Shown here piece by piece: positions 13,089-23,861 of a stretch of 51,537 nucleotides of DNA. The position numbers and the translations under genes were made by a program. Source of the DNA: Vitrella brassicaformis CCMP3155. Taxonomy: Eukaryota > Protista > Chromerida. The notes under the pieces were generated by a model that did not search any database, was not told where the DNA came from, and saw only the letters and a program-made list of their open reading frames with translations. Every line of letters starts with the position of its first letter. The stretch's first letter is position 1. The stretch lies in NCBI GenBank assembly GCA_001179505.1, contig CDMY01000563.1, positions 1-51,537 on the forward strand, written 5' to 3'.

Positions 13089-13410
13089 GTGAATGAATTA
13101 TCACTCACACCGACCGACACCCACACCCACACCTGCACACATCCCGAGAGCTGAGATGCATTCACACGTGTGACGTGTGGGGCCGGGCTGCATGTGGCTG
13201 GCTGATGGGCTGATTGGGGGGACGGGTGGCTGGGGGGCGGGCGGTTTTCCCTTTATCCGTGCCGGTTGTTGACGGAGGCGACACACACGTGGCGCACACA
13301 TGAGTAGCGGGTAGCTAGCTGGTGCCAAGAGTAGGTAGAAAGCAGTGTGTGTGACGGACTTTCTGTTATCCCATCTAAGTACTCTCGCTGTCTGTCGCCC
13401 GGAGGGACAC

Positions 13411-13506
13411 CAAGTGACCACTTGCAGCCGCCTGCACCAACAGGACGGTACCGGTGATGACCACCGGTGTTGTCCGGTTGGACAGTCGTTGGCGAGTGGT
13501 CACTTG
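13411..13506 (+). ncRNA. Candidate structured RNA: 96-nt long imperfect stem-loop
   Basis: caagtgaccacttgc...accggtg[atgac]caccggt...gcgagtggtcacttg. About 40 pairs by hand pairing, including five G-U pairs on the + strand. Family unknown. Confidence 0.4.
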
Positions 13507-15743
13507 AGGGATGCCCATTCAGGTGGAAGCGGCAAGCGATGAGTGTTCTTTCCCGTGCGTGGTGGAGTGAGATTAGCGACTCCCAAGACATCATGTGTGC
13601 GGTGGGTGGGGGGATATGTGTATGTGTGTGTGTGCCCGTTTGCGTTGTGTGCGAGGAAATGGGCGCCAAGCGTCCTCTCCTCTCCTCCCCTCTCTCTCCT
13701 TCGCCTTCGTGTGGGGTGAGGTGGGATGGGATTGGACGCATCGCATGTGTGTGTGTGTGGTGGTGGACAGACAGACAGATGGACTGACACTAACAGCTCG
13801 GCTCGGCTCTCGCAGTGAGTGACATGGGACTAATCAACCAACCGACCTCATTTTGTGTACGCCCCGGTGGTGCGCTGTTGCAATGAGTCAGTCAATCACT
13901 CCATGAGTCGTCATGCCATCGATCCACCATGCATATGCATGGCAACAGCATGCCATGCAGTGTCCCCTCCCCACGTGGTATGTCTATCGATGGGTCGATG
14001 GATGGAGAAAAAAGGCGTGCTTCCTTTCTCGCCCGTCCGCCCGCCCAGAACACCCCCAGGAAGCCAGCCAACACTCTCGCGGTCATTCGGGTAGAGAGAT
14101 ACAGACAGACGGGCAATGCACAGCATAGAGGCTTCATTCAGACCTTAAGGACCAACAGCCTATCTCCCACTCTCACACAGGACACCACACCACACCACAC
14201 CACACAACTCAACAGAACATAACCCACCCCATACGCCCTCTCTGCGCATGTGTGTGTGTGTGTGTGTGTGTGTGGCCGCTCAACCGCACGGGTCATCTGT
14301 CGGCAGCTGACCTGCCCCAACCGAAACAAGACAGGACCAATGGTGATAGGTGCTGTCATGTTCACGCTGGCTCAGGTCAGTGACCAACACACCACGCCTG
14401 GGAAAGAGACGACGAACACCCCCCCACACACACGTGCTCTCTGTTCTCGTCTCGTCCACCCCACCCGCCCTCTCGTCATCACACACGAAGGGAAACCGAA
14501 ATGGATGGATGGATGGATGAATGGAACGAACAAACCACACACACACACACACAGACTCGTCCTTCGTGTCTGTCTGTCTGTCTGTTCTGTCTATCCGTTG
14601 TGTCTTGCTTGATTCAATTATGGCGCACGCACAACGATATGGCACAGCCAGGAATGAATGAATGAATGAACACAAATGAATGCATTCAGGGTATTAATAT
14701 CGATAGCTAACAGGGAGGATGGATCACGACCCGAATGAAATGCGATGCTGGTGTCATGTGTGTCATGTGGGGTGGGGTGGGCTGCACTCGCTGCTCATTG
14801 GGCACGCAGGCAGCCGTGCCGGCCGTGGTTGGTTCGTCTGCCCGCCTGTCTGTCCGTCACCCAAATGCGGTGCAATGGATGCATGGATGGGGGAAAAGAT
14901 GGGTGGCTCACTCTCTCACTCAGTCGACCAGGGCAGGGCAGGGCTAGGCAACACACACGCACCCAGATCCACACGCAAGCCCACACAGTGTCCAGAAACA
15001 AAAGGGGGCCGGCCGTGGCCGTGTGTGGTGTGGTATGGTCTGTGTCGTATCAACAGAACAAAATACAAATGGGGGTGGGGTGGGGTGGCTGGGGGGATGG
15101 ATGAATGAATGGCGTCCGTCCGTCGGGGAAAACCAAACCAAACATGAGGCATTTTCGGTCGTGGCTACACGCATCAGCATCATGCAGGCAGGCAGGCAGG
15201 CAGGCAGGCAAGCAGAAAGCCGGGCAGGCAACACAGCTCTCATCCTGTCTATCTATCTGTCCCTCCTAGCGACCCCTCTCTGTCTGCTGCGGATCCGTCA
15301 AAAAATGCGGCTTCTCCTCTCGCCCTCTCCACTCTCCCCGTCTCTCTCTCACTCGTGTTTCTGACTTCCTCTCTCTCTCTCTCTCTCTCTGAGCGAGCGT
15401 GTCTGTCTGCGTTTCTGAGATACAGCACATCAACCGCTGGGTCGTTCGGCAGTTGTTTGTGCTGGCAGCGGGCAGTCAGTTGCGATCTGCCCGGCCCTGC
15501 AGGCACTGATGTCCCCTATGTGTCCCCCTCTCCCTCTCTCCCCCCCTCATATTTCGCTCTGCTTCACTTCGGAATGACACACACATGCGCACACGCACGC
15601 ACACACACACAGACATACAGACAGACAGACGCATAGAGACAGAGAGGGCAATACAGCGATAGAGAGAAATGAATGTCCCTGCCCCTGTAAGGATGGAAGG
15701 ATGGAGGTGTGAGCATGTAAGTGTGGATACCCCCCCCCCCCCC

Positions 15744-16043
15744 NNNNNNNNNNNNNNNNNNNNNNNNNNNNNNNNNNNNNNNNNNNNNNNNNNNNNNNNN
15801 NNNNNNNNNNNNNNNNNNNNNNNNNNNNNNNNNNNNNNNNNNNNNNNNNNNNNNNNNNNNNNNNNNNNNNNNNNNNNNNNNNNNNNNNNNNNNNNNNNNN
15901 NNNNNNNNNNNNNNNNNNNNNNNNNNNNNNNNNNNNNNNNNNNNNNNNNNNNNNNNNNNNNNNNNNNNNNNNNNNNNNNNNNNNNNNNNNNNNNNNNNNN
16001 NNNNNNNNNNNNNNNNNNNNNNNNNNNNNNNNNNNNNNNNNNN
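15744..16043. other. Assembly gap (300 N) flanked by poly-C
   Basis: N run bordered by C homopolymers on both sides. Confidence 1.
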
Positions 16044-17106
16044 CCCCCCCCACCCCCGCCCTCCCTGTCCCTCCCGTCGCTGCGAAAATTGCAGTCAGTC
16101 ACTTTGACGGGCGGACAAGAACCACGTGCACTTCATTGGGTGGGCAAAGTCGAAGGAGCCATACACACACACACACACACACACACGGACATGCACAACA
16201 CACGCAGAGAGAGAGAGAGGGAAAGAACAATACATACAAAAAAAGATACCGCGAAGTGAGACAGACAGAGTGTCGGCACAGCTCAGCCCGGCGCCTCAGT
16301 GGGAGTCATGCACGGCACTCGTGTGCATGCCCACTGCAGGCGGGCAGCTGACCATCCCGGCCGCACACACGCACTGCACAGGCACAGGCATAGGCACGAG
16401 CTGACTGATGGTATATATGCAGCGAAAAAGCCTCACCCATCCCTCCCCTCACCCCACAGGCAGGAGCGCGTGTGTAAGATAAAGAAGACAGACAGACACA
16501 GACAAAGACAAGAACAAGGACGACAGCATAGATGGCATAGGATGGCGGGGCAGAGGGGAAACGTTCACCACCCAATATACCCACCCATACCTACCCCCAA
16601 AAACAAACCATGCGACAGCAAAGAAACAAGAAGAGACTGATGGATGGATGGATGGAGAGGAGGGAGTGGCTGGATGGCTGGGATGCCATGGTCCCATCGG
16701 AAGCGGTGGGTCGGTGCGTGGGCAGAGAGCAACGGGGCGCGCCTCCTCGCCCGCTGTCTCGTCTCGCATACACACCCCTGGGGTGGGTGCGGTGCACTGC
16801 ACTGACTGACAAGAAATATCCATGTGTGTGTGAATGCATCACAGACCATAGAAAGTACAATCCACTGATCCATCCATCCGTCCATCCACTGCGTTGCATT
16901 GCACATATCAGCAGTGAGTGCCGCCGCCCCTCCCTCCCCTCCCCCATCCATCCAGACACACGTAAACACGCAACCACACACAACCACACGCAACACGCAA
17001 CACAGCATCCCCAAAATTGCCGCACCCTCCCATCTTCTGTCCGTCCGTCCGTGTGAACAGCCCCAAAACCTGGCCCCACCCTGCATCCAATCCATGTCCC
17101 CTCCCT

Positions 17107-17406
17107 NNNNNNNNNNNNNNNNNNNNNNNNNNNNNNNNNNNNNNNNNNNNNNNNNNNNNNNNNNNNNNNNNNNNNNNNNNNNNNNNNNNNNNNNNNNNNN
17201 NNNNNNNNNNNNNNNNNNNNNNNNNNNNNNNNNNNNNNNNNNNNNNNNNNNNNNNNNNNNNNNNNNNNNNNNNNNNNNNNNNNNNNNNNNNNNNNNNNNN
17301 NNNNNNNNNNNNNNNNNNNNNNNNNNNNNNNNNNNNNNNNNNNNNNNNNNNNNNNNNNNNNNNNNNNNNNNNNNNNNNNNNNNNNNNNNNNNNNNNNNNN
17401 NNNNNN
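17107..17406. other. Assembly gap (300 N) flanked by C-rich tracts
   Basis: N run. Confidence 1.
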
Positions 17407-17526
17407 CCCCCCCCTCCCAGCCAGCCATCAAGCGGCACATTCATGACGATACTTTACACACATACACACACAACACAGAGAGAGAGACATAAGGAAGGGA
17501 TAGAGCGAGAGGAGATGTATGTCTGT

Positions 17527-20500
17527 CTAGCCTCCCCGTGTGGCCGTCATGTAGACGGGAGTGTCGTCCATCACGAACTGGGCGCGCCGGGCCGTCTTCC
17601 GCACTCCCTGATGTGACACAATGGAGCGAAGGTGTGATGATGTGATCTTTCGTGCATCGGGCTGTGATGTGACTCACCTCCCAGACTGCGTGGTTGGTGT
17701 GCGCGTGTGCAGTGGTGTTTGAGTTTTTCCTGGGCGCGCCGAAGCCCTTCTTGCCGTGCACGAGCTTGTAGATGGCGCGGGAGGCCTCGTTGGCATGGTA
17801 GTGCGGCACACTGACAGACACGAGGGGAGGGAACACATTGGAGGATGGTGTTGTGTTGTGTGTGTGTGTGTGTGTGTGTGTGGCCATATATGCCTACCGC
17901 AGCTGCAGGTGTGTGAGCAGGGAGAGGCTCATGAGGTTGTGGTGGAGCGCATCGAAGACCCACAGCACATGCCTGCACACCACACACCGAAGGAAGAGCC
18001 ATTCACACACACAGGGTCACATCGGCCCAGCTGGGTGCGCGCGTCTCTAGCTCGGCAGAGCTGTCGTACGTGTTGGATCTGAGCCTCTCGGTGGCGTGTG
18101 CGAGCCACTCCCACGTGTAAAACTCGCTCTCATCGCCCTCCTCCTTCTTGGATGATGCCCCTAAACCACACACAACACAACACAATCACCACGTGCTGCC
18201 CGCCATCCAGCGAACGGTCCCACCTTTTCCAGAGTAAGCCCTGAGCAGCCTGGCGTACACACACAGCCACAGGTGCACCACCAGCAGGGGGCCACCGTGC
18301 CACAGCAGCAGCGGCGTCCTGCACACAGTTGACACAACCACACACACAAATGTCTGACTTCTTCCCCCTCCCTCCCTCTTTTTGCCAGACGGACCATCCG
18401 AGTCTGGTGCCGATGTAGTAGTTGACAGTGAGCGACAGCAGCATGCCCACGAAGCTGAGGAGCCCCTTGGGCAGGTTGAGGAACCCGAATGCATCCCACT
18501 TGAGGGCGGTCAGCAGGGAGTCCCGCGGCTTGAGCTTGGCCGTGTCGGGCACAGCCACAGCGTGGTTCCTGTAGGGGATGAGGAAGGCCGAGTGCACCAG
18601 CCACCCCAGGGTGTGGTCCACCACCTCGTAGCCGGAGAAGCGCACATTGCCGCACTCGTAGCCGATGACCCACAGACCCAAAGCTGCCGTGCCCTGAGAA
18701 TAAGAAACGCATTAAGGCAGGCACCCTTGTGTGTGTGTGTGTGTGTGAGGAGTGTGAGGGGTACCTGGACGAGGGCGTAGATGATCCAGACGGCCACTTT
18801 GACGGCGGCCATCCACTGGCTGGTCTGCGGGCCTTCCTGCAGGATGATGCTTGAGAAGACCCCCAGGCTGAGGTGGAGCACCGCCATGACCGACACCACC
18901 GCGCCGATGGCCACCACGTCACGCACAAAGGTGAACTGCATCAAACACACACACACACACACATCCATCCATCCATCCATGTGTGTGTGTGGTCTGGTAT
19001 CTCACAGAGCTGAGTAGGAGTGAGGTCCTCTGGCAGTGTGGCGGGATGACCGACTGCAGGTCCTGCTCACTTGGGATCTGCACACAGCACACCGCGTTCA
19101 CACACTCAGCAGCCTGTGTCTGTGTTGTGTGTGTATACCTTCTCGAGTGTCTGCTGCTGCGTCTCGGCTGACGTCTCGGCATTGACGGCGAGCTTGCTCT
19201 TCCGCTGCTCCCAGAACTTGGTCGCCCGCTTCCTGTCCGTCACCCAGCCAATGGCCGCCATGCTGTCGATGAAGATCTTCGCAGTGTTCCACTGACACGC
19301 CATCCCCAGCTCACTGAACAAGCACGCACACACGCTCAGGAATCATCTCACTGAGATGAGAGCTTCTCTTGACCTGGCGGCATAGTCGAAGGGATAGACG
19401 TGGTGCCAGTTGTGCCATCCCTCGCCGGTGGTGAGCCAGGCCACGAGAGCGCTCTCAGCGGGGTTGATCTGGTCGTCGTAGGGCCGCTCGCCCCACAGGT
19501 GGGCCACGCTGTTGACGCACCAGGTGGCGTGCAGCTCCACGATCCAGCGGAAGATGCCCAGCACGAAGAACCCAAGCCAGAAGCTCCCGTACACGGCCAT
19601 CGTGTAGTAGCCAGGCACAACTGCACCCACCCACACAACAACACGACGCAGTGACGTGACGGGGGGAGGGGAGGAAGGTGGAGAATGGCGGTCGGTGCTC
19701 TGCTCACTGTAGCAGAAGAAAAAGGCGAGCCACGGGTCAGCGTTCTTCTGGAAGACCACCACGGGGTCCTGCAGCAGGTCTGAGCAGTCGATCTCGCGGC
19801 CCGCCTGCTTGACGGCGTCGGGCTTCTTGAGGATGAGCCACCCCATGTGGGAGTACCAGAAGCCGCGCTTGGCGTTGTGCGGGTCCTTCTCCGTCTCAGA
19901 GTGCTTGTGGTGCGTTCGGTGGTCCCGCGCCTGCACCCACCACATACACAGAGAGAGAGGGAGAGAAAGGTTGTGCACACACACATGGGGGAAATGGGTG
20001 TGCGGTGTCTCTGACCCAGTGGTAGATGGATCCCTGGTTGGCGATGGAGTTGAGGACCATGAGGACGATGCGGGCGGGGAGGTTGGCCTTGTAGCTGCGG
20101 TGGGCCCACAGCCGGTGGGCGCCAGCTGTGATGCCCAGCCCCGAGATGTTCCAGATGAGGATCACCTCGATCAGCAGCCGCACGCGGGACGGGTGGGCGA
20201 GCATCATCATCAGGCCCACCAAAGCCAAGAAATGCATCGTTGACAAAAACACGGTCATGCCGCTGCGCACGCTCTGAAGGACGAGAAGAACAAACATCGG
20301 TTTTAACACACCACACCAACACATGGGGGTGTGCCTCACTCATTCACTGACTCACCGGGACGTAGTTCTTGAGGTAGAAGTGTGCGAAGAGGATGGTGTA
20401 TGAGAAGTACATGAGGAGTGCGCCCATGGCGTTGTTGTAGTGGGAGAGGTCGCCCGTCACCGCGGGGTTCAGCAACGCCGCGATCGTTATCGCCAGACCG

Positions 20501-21583
20501 ACAAACATCTGCACATGCAGCGCACCACACACACATGGCATAAGCGTCGCGTGCGACGTGTGCTGTGTGTGTGGGGGCATCCCCCCTCCCTCACTTGGCT
20601 GAGCTGGGCGCCGGTAATGTATGGCCGCAGCTTATACAAAATCCTGACCGATCATCACAGTACACAGACAGACAGACAGACAGACAAAGATAGATGGCAC
20701 GGATCTGTGTCGGTGGGAGTGTGTGTGTGAGTATATGTGTGTCGTTTACTTACTTGTTCCTAGCGAAAAGGACAGAGAGAGCGTAGTAGAGGTACATGAC
20801 GCCGTGGATGCAGAGGTTGATGAAGACGAACAGGTGGGCGAAAGACACATTCAGCGACTGCGCGTGCCAGCAATACAGCGCCTGAGAGATAAGATAGGCC
20901 AGCACACCCATCACACCCATCACACATGACACAATTGATTGACACAGCCGGCCTGTCGGTGCTGACCACTGTGAGGTGGTGGTAGGCATGCAGGAACGTG
21001 ATCGGCCGCTTCCGCAGCGCCAGCAGCACCGTGTCGCCGAACTCCAACGCCTTGGTCAAGGTGAACAGCGTCACCACTGCACGAGTGTTGGGCTGATCCA
21101 TCACACAAAACACAGCGACACTCACAAGTGAGACACTGTCTTTCGCCGCATAGTGCGTGTGTCGGTCTGTCTCCTCCCTGCCCACCATGTAGTCCCTCTC
21201 GTGGGCAAACGGCGTCAGAATCAGCCGCCAGTCGTCCAGAAGCTGCACACACAGCACACAGCCAGCCCACACACACACACACACAAGGGAGACAGAACAG
21301 TCACTCGACACCGCCCAGCCCAGCCACCCCCCTGTCTCGTGTGTGAGTGCTGGCTGACGATGAGTATGGCTCCGAGGATGGAGAGGACGGCCAGCACGAA
21401 GTTCCAGGCAAAAATGAAGGGCTTGATGGGCAGCGGCTCCCGCTTCCTCATCCAGTGCCGCAGCGCCATGATGACCGGCAGGTACAGCACCATCGACGCC
21501 AGTAGCGGCCACTTGAGGTCTGCCGCCAGCTGTGCGCCGCGGCCGGGTGTCCAGTACCCCTGGCTCACTGGAGAGGGCGCCAT
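17527..21583 (-). CDS. Fusion protein: ELO-family fatty-acid elongase + delta-9 acyl-CoA desaturase + FAD2/omega-6-like domain lacking His boxes (about 900 aa by hand count)
   Basis: ELO motifs: [38 protein letters not shown] motifs: [35 protein letters not shown]2-like segments: [41 protein letters not shown]. The domain junction introns 20274-20355 (CCG|GTGAGT..TTCAG|AGC) and 19078-19138 (AAG|GTATAC..TGCAG|ATC) are both phase 0 to phase 0. All introns join in frame from ATG 21583 to TAG 17527. Confidence 0.9.
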
Positions 21584-21773
21584 GGTGGTTGAGATGTGCT
21601 CGGCCGAGAGGGAGGCGCAGATCCCCAGAGAGAGGACGGGGGGACAGACAGAGAGGAGGGAGGCACAGCCAAACACAAGAGGCAGAGATCCACGTTACCC
21701 CAGCTCGCAGATCTGCGAGCTGTCCTGTGCCCGAGAGACGGCGTGTTTGGAAGCTCTACTACCGCCTAACACC
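21584..21773. promoter_or_regulatory. Probable bidirectional promoter, ELO-SCD fusion / PGM
   Basis: 190 bp between divergent ATGs; CAGATCTG at 21708-21715. Confidence 0.6.
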
Positions 21774-23233
21774 ATGCTGTCATCGTTTCTTACCTTGGTC
21801 TCGGTTCTTGTGGTGGAATTCAGTGTGACGCCATGCAGCGGGTTCGTGCTGCTGAGGCGACCCTCTGCACGGCCGTCGTCGCGGGCAGGTCTGAAGATGC
21901 AGCTGCAGTCGGTGCAGCCACTAGAGAGGGAGATCCAGCGAGTGGAGGAGGACGAGGCCAATGCGGCGGCAGGGAGGAAGGTGAAGCATGTGCTGACGCT
22001 GATCCGGCATGGGCACTCGGTGTGGAATCAGGACAACATCTTCACCGGCTGGGTGAGCTGCTGTGCGGGCAAACCCACACATCAGTGCATGCACTGCTGT
22101 CTGTGAGTGACAGCTGTATGTGTGTGTGTGTGGTCGGTGACATCAGGTTGATGTGCCTTTGGCCAAGGACGGTGAAGCAGAGGCTCGCGAGGCGGGTCAG
22201 ATCATGAAGGCGGCCGACATCAAGCCGGACAAGGTGTATGTGTCGGTGCTGAAGCGGGCCATCCAAACCACCTGGATCGCTCTCGAGGAGATGGACAGGA
22301 TGTGGCTGCCGGTCGAGTGCAATTGGCGGCTCAACGAGCGGCACTACGGCGGCCTCAGTGGACTCAACAAAATCGAAACGGTGCAGAAACACGGAGAGGA
22401 ACAGGTTAGTGAATGAGTGGAGGGAGGGAGGGATGGACAAGGGATGGAGGGAGGAAAAGGCAGCATGGGATGGAGGGTGTGTGTGGTGTGTGTCAGGTTC
22501 ACATCTGGCGTCGGTCGTATGACATCCCACCGCCCCCTGTGGACAAACACAGCCAGTACTGGCCGGGACACGACGAACGGTGACTGAGTCAGTCAGTCAG
22601 CAGGCAGGGATGACACCACACGCGCCAGCCCAGCCATCGTGCACATGTTGGTTGTGTGGCTGCACATCATCTCATCCGTGTGTGCATGTGCAGGTACAAG
22701 TTGGTGCCCGAGGATGAGCTGCCGCTGAGCGAGTCCCTCAAGCTCACCAAGGACCGCTTCATGGTGGCCTGGCAGGGCAACATCGTACCCGACCTGATGG
22801 TATGGCCGGCCAGGAACCAACACACGCTCCAGTAGCTAGCTACTTTTGCCCTTGTGTTGCCCTTGTGTGGTCTCTTGTTTCATTCATTCAGGCGGGCAAG
22901 AGGCTGCTGGTGTCGGCACACGGCAACTCGCTGCGAGCACTCGTCATGCACCTGGACGACATCAGCAAAGAAGTCATACCCTCCCTCAACGTAGGCAGGC
23001 ACACCAGCACAGCACTAAATGCTGTGTGCGCCTGCACCGGGAACGGCTCTTCATGTGTGTGTATGTGTGTGCAGATCCCGACGGGTGTGCCGCTGGTGTA
23101 CTACCTGGACAAGCAGTTGAAGCCCCTGAGGCATCCCGACGCCATCGAGCCGCTGAGCGGGCAGTATCTGGGTGACCAGGAGAAGATCAAGGCTAGGATC
23201 GGCGCCGTCAAGGCACAGACGGGGGCCAAGTGA
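21774..23233 (+). CDS. gpmA: 2,3-BPG-dependent phosphoglycerate mutase with bipartite (plastid-type) leader
   Basis: [18 protein letters not shown]|[48 protein letters not shown]|IPTGVPLVY. Leader [39 protein letters not shown]. Confidence 0.95.
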
Positions 23234-23861
23234 GGTGAGAGAGTGCGACGAAGCTGTGAGGGGGGTGGGTGGGTGGGGGGTGGTTAGTAGGGCACTGAGG
23301 CAGACTGTGGTGTGGCGTGATGGTGATGTGATGCGATGCGATGCGATCTGTTTGTAGAAGTGGTCGGTCAGTTTGTTGTGTGCGCATACGCCACGCCCCG
23401 CTGTTTTGCTGTTGGTGTTTTGTGTGTGTTGTGTGTATATATTGGTCTATCTAGTCTAGCGCTCAGGTAGGGGGGTATTTCTCGTGCTCCCGTCCCGTCC
23501 CATCCCTGCCTCGCCTCCCGGCCTGACAGCCTGCCTGCCTTTCGTGTCAATATGTGTGTTGTGTGATGGTGTCTGTGCTGTACGTGTCCCTCTCCCTCTC
23601 TCTCCTGGCGTGCGCCTTTTAAGTTTTCTCTTGTTTGAACGATCGCAGTTGGGGTGTCTGTCTGTGTCTGTGTATGTGGTGCGACCGAAGCTCAATCCTT
23701 CATCCATGGTGGTGCTCTGCTCTCGGTCCGCTGCATCTGTCCGTCTGTCCGTCCATCCCGTTACTCAAGGGGCCCACACACACACCAGCCCGCATCTGGC
23801 TCTACCGCCAAGTGTGGCCATCCCATCCCATTCCATCCCATGGATCGGATCCATATGTCGA

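Noticed and set aside
13500-13545. SRP RNA helix-8 or C/D box resemblance next to the hairpin (caggtggaagc; tgatga)
   Set aside because: Matches are too short and the required surrounding structure is absent.
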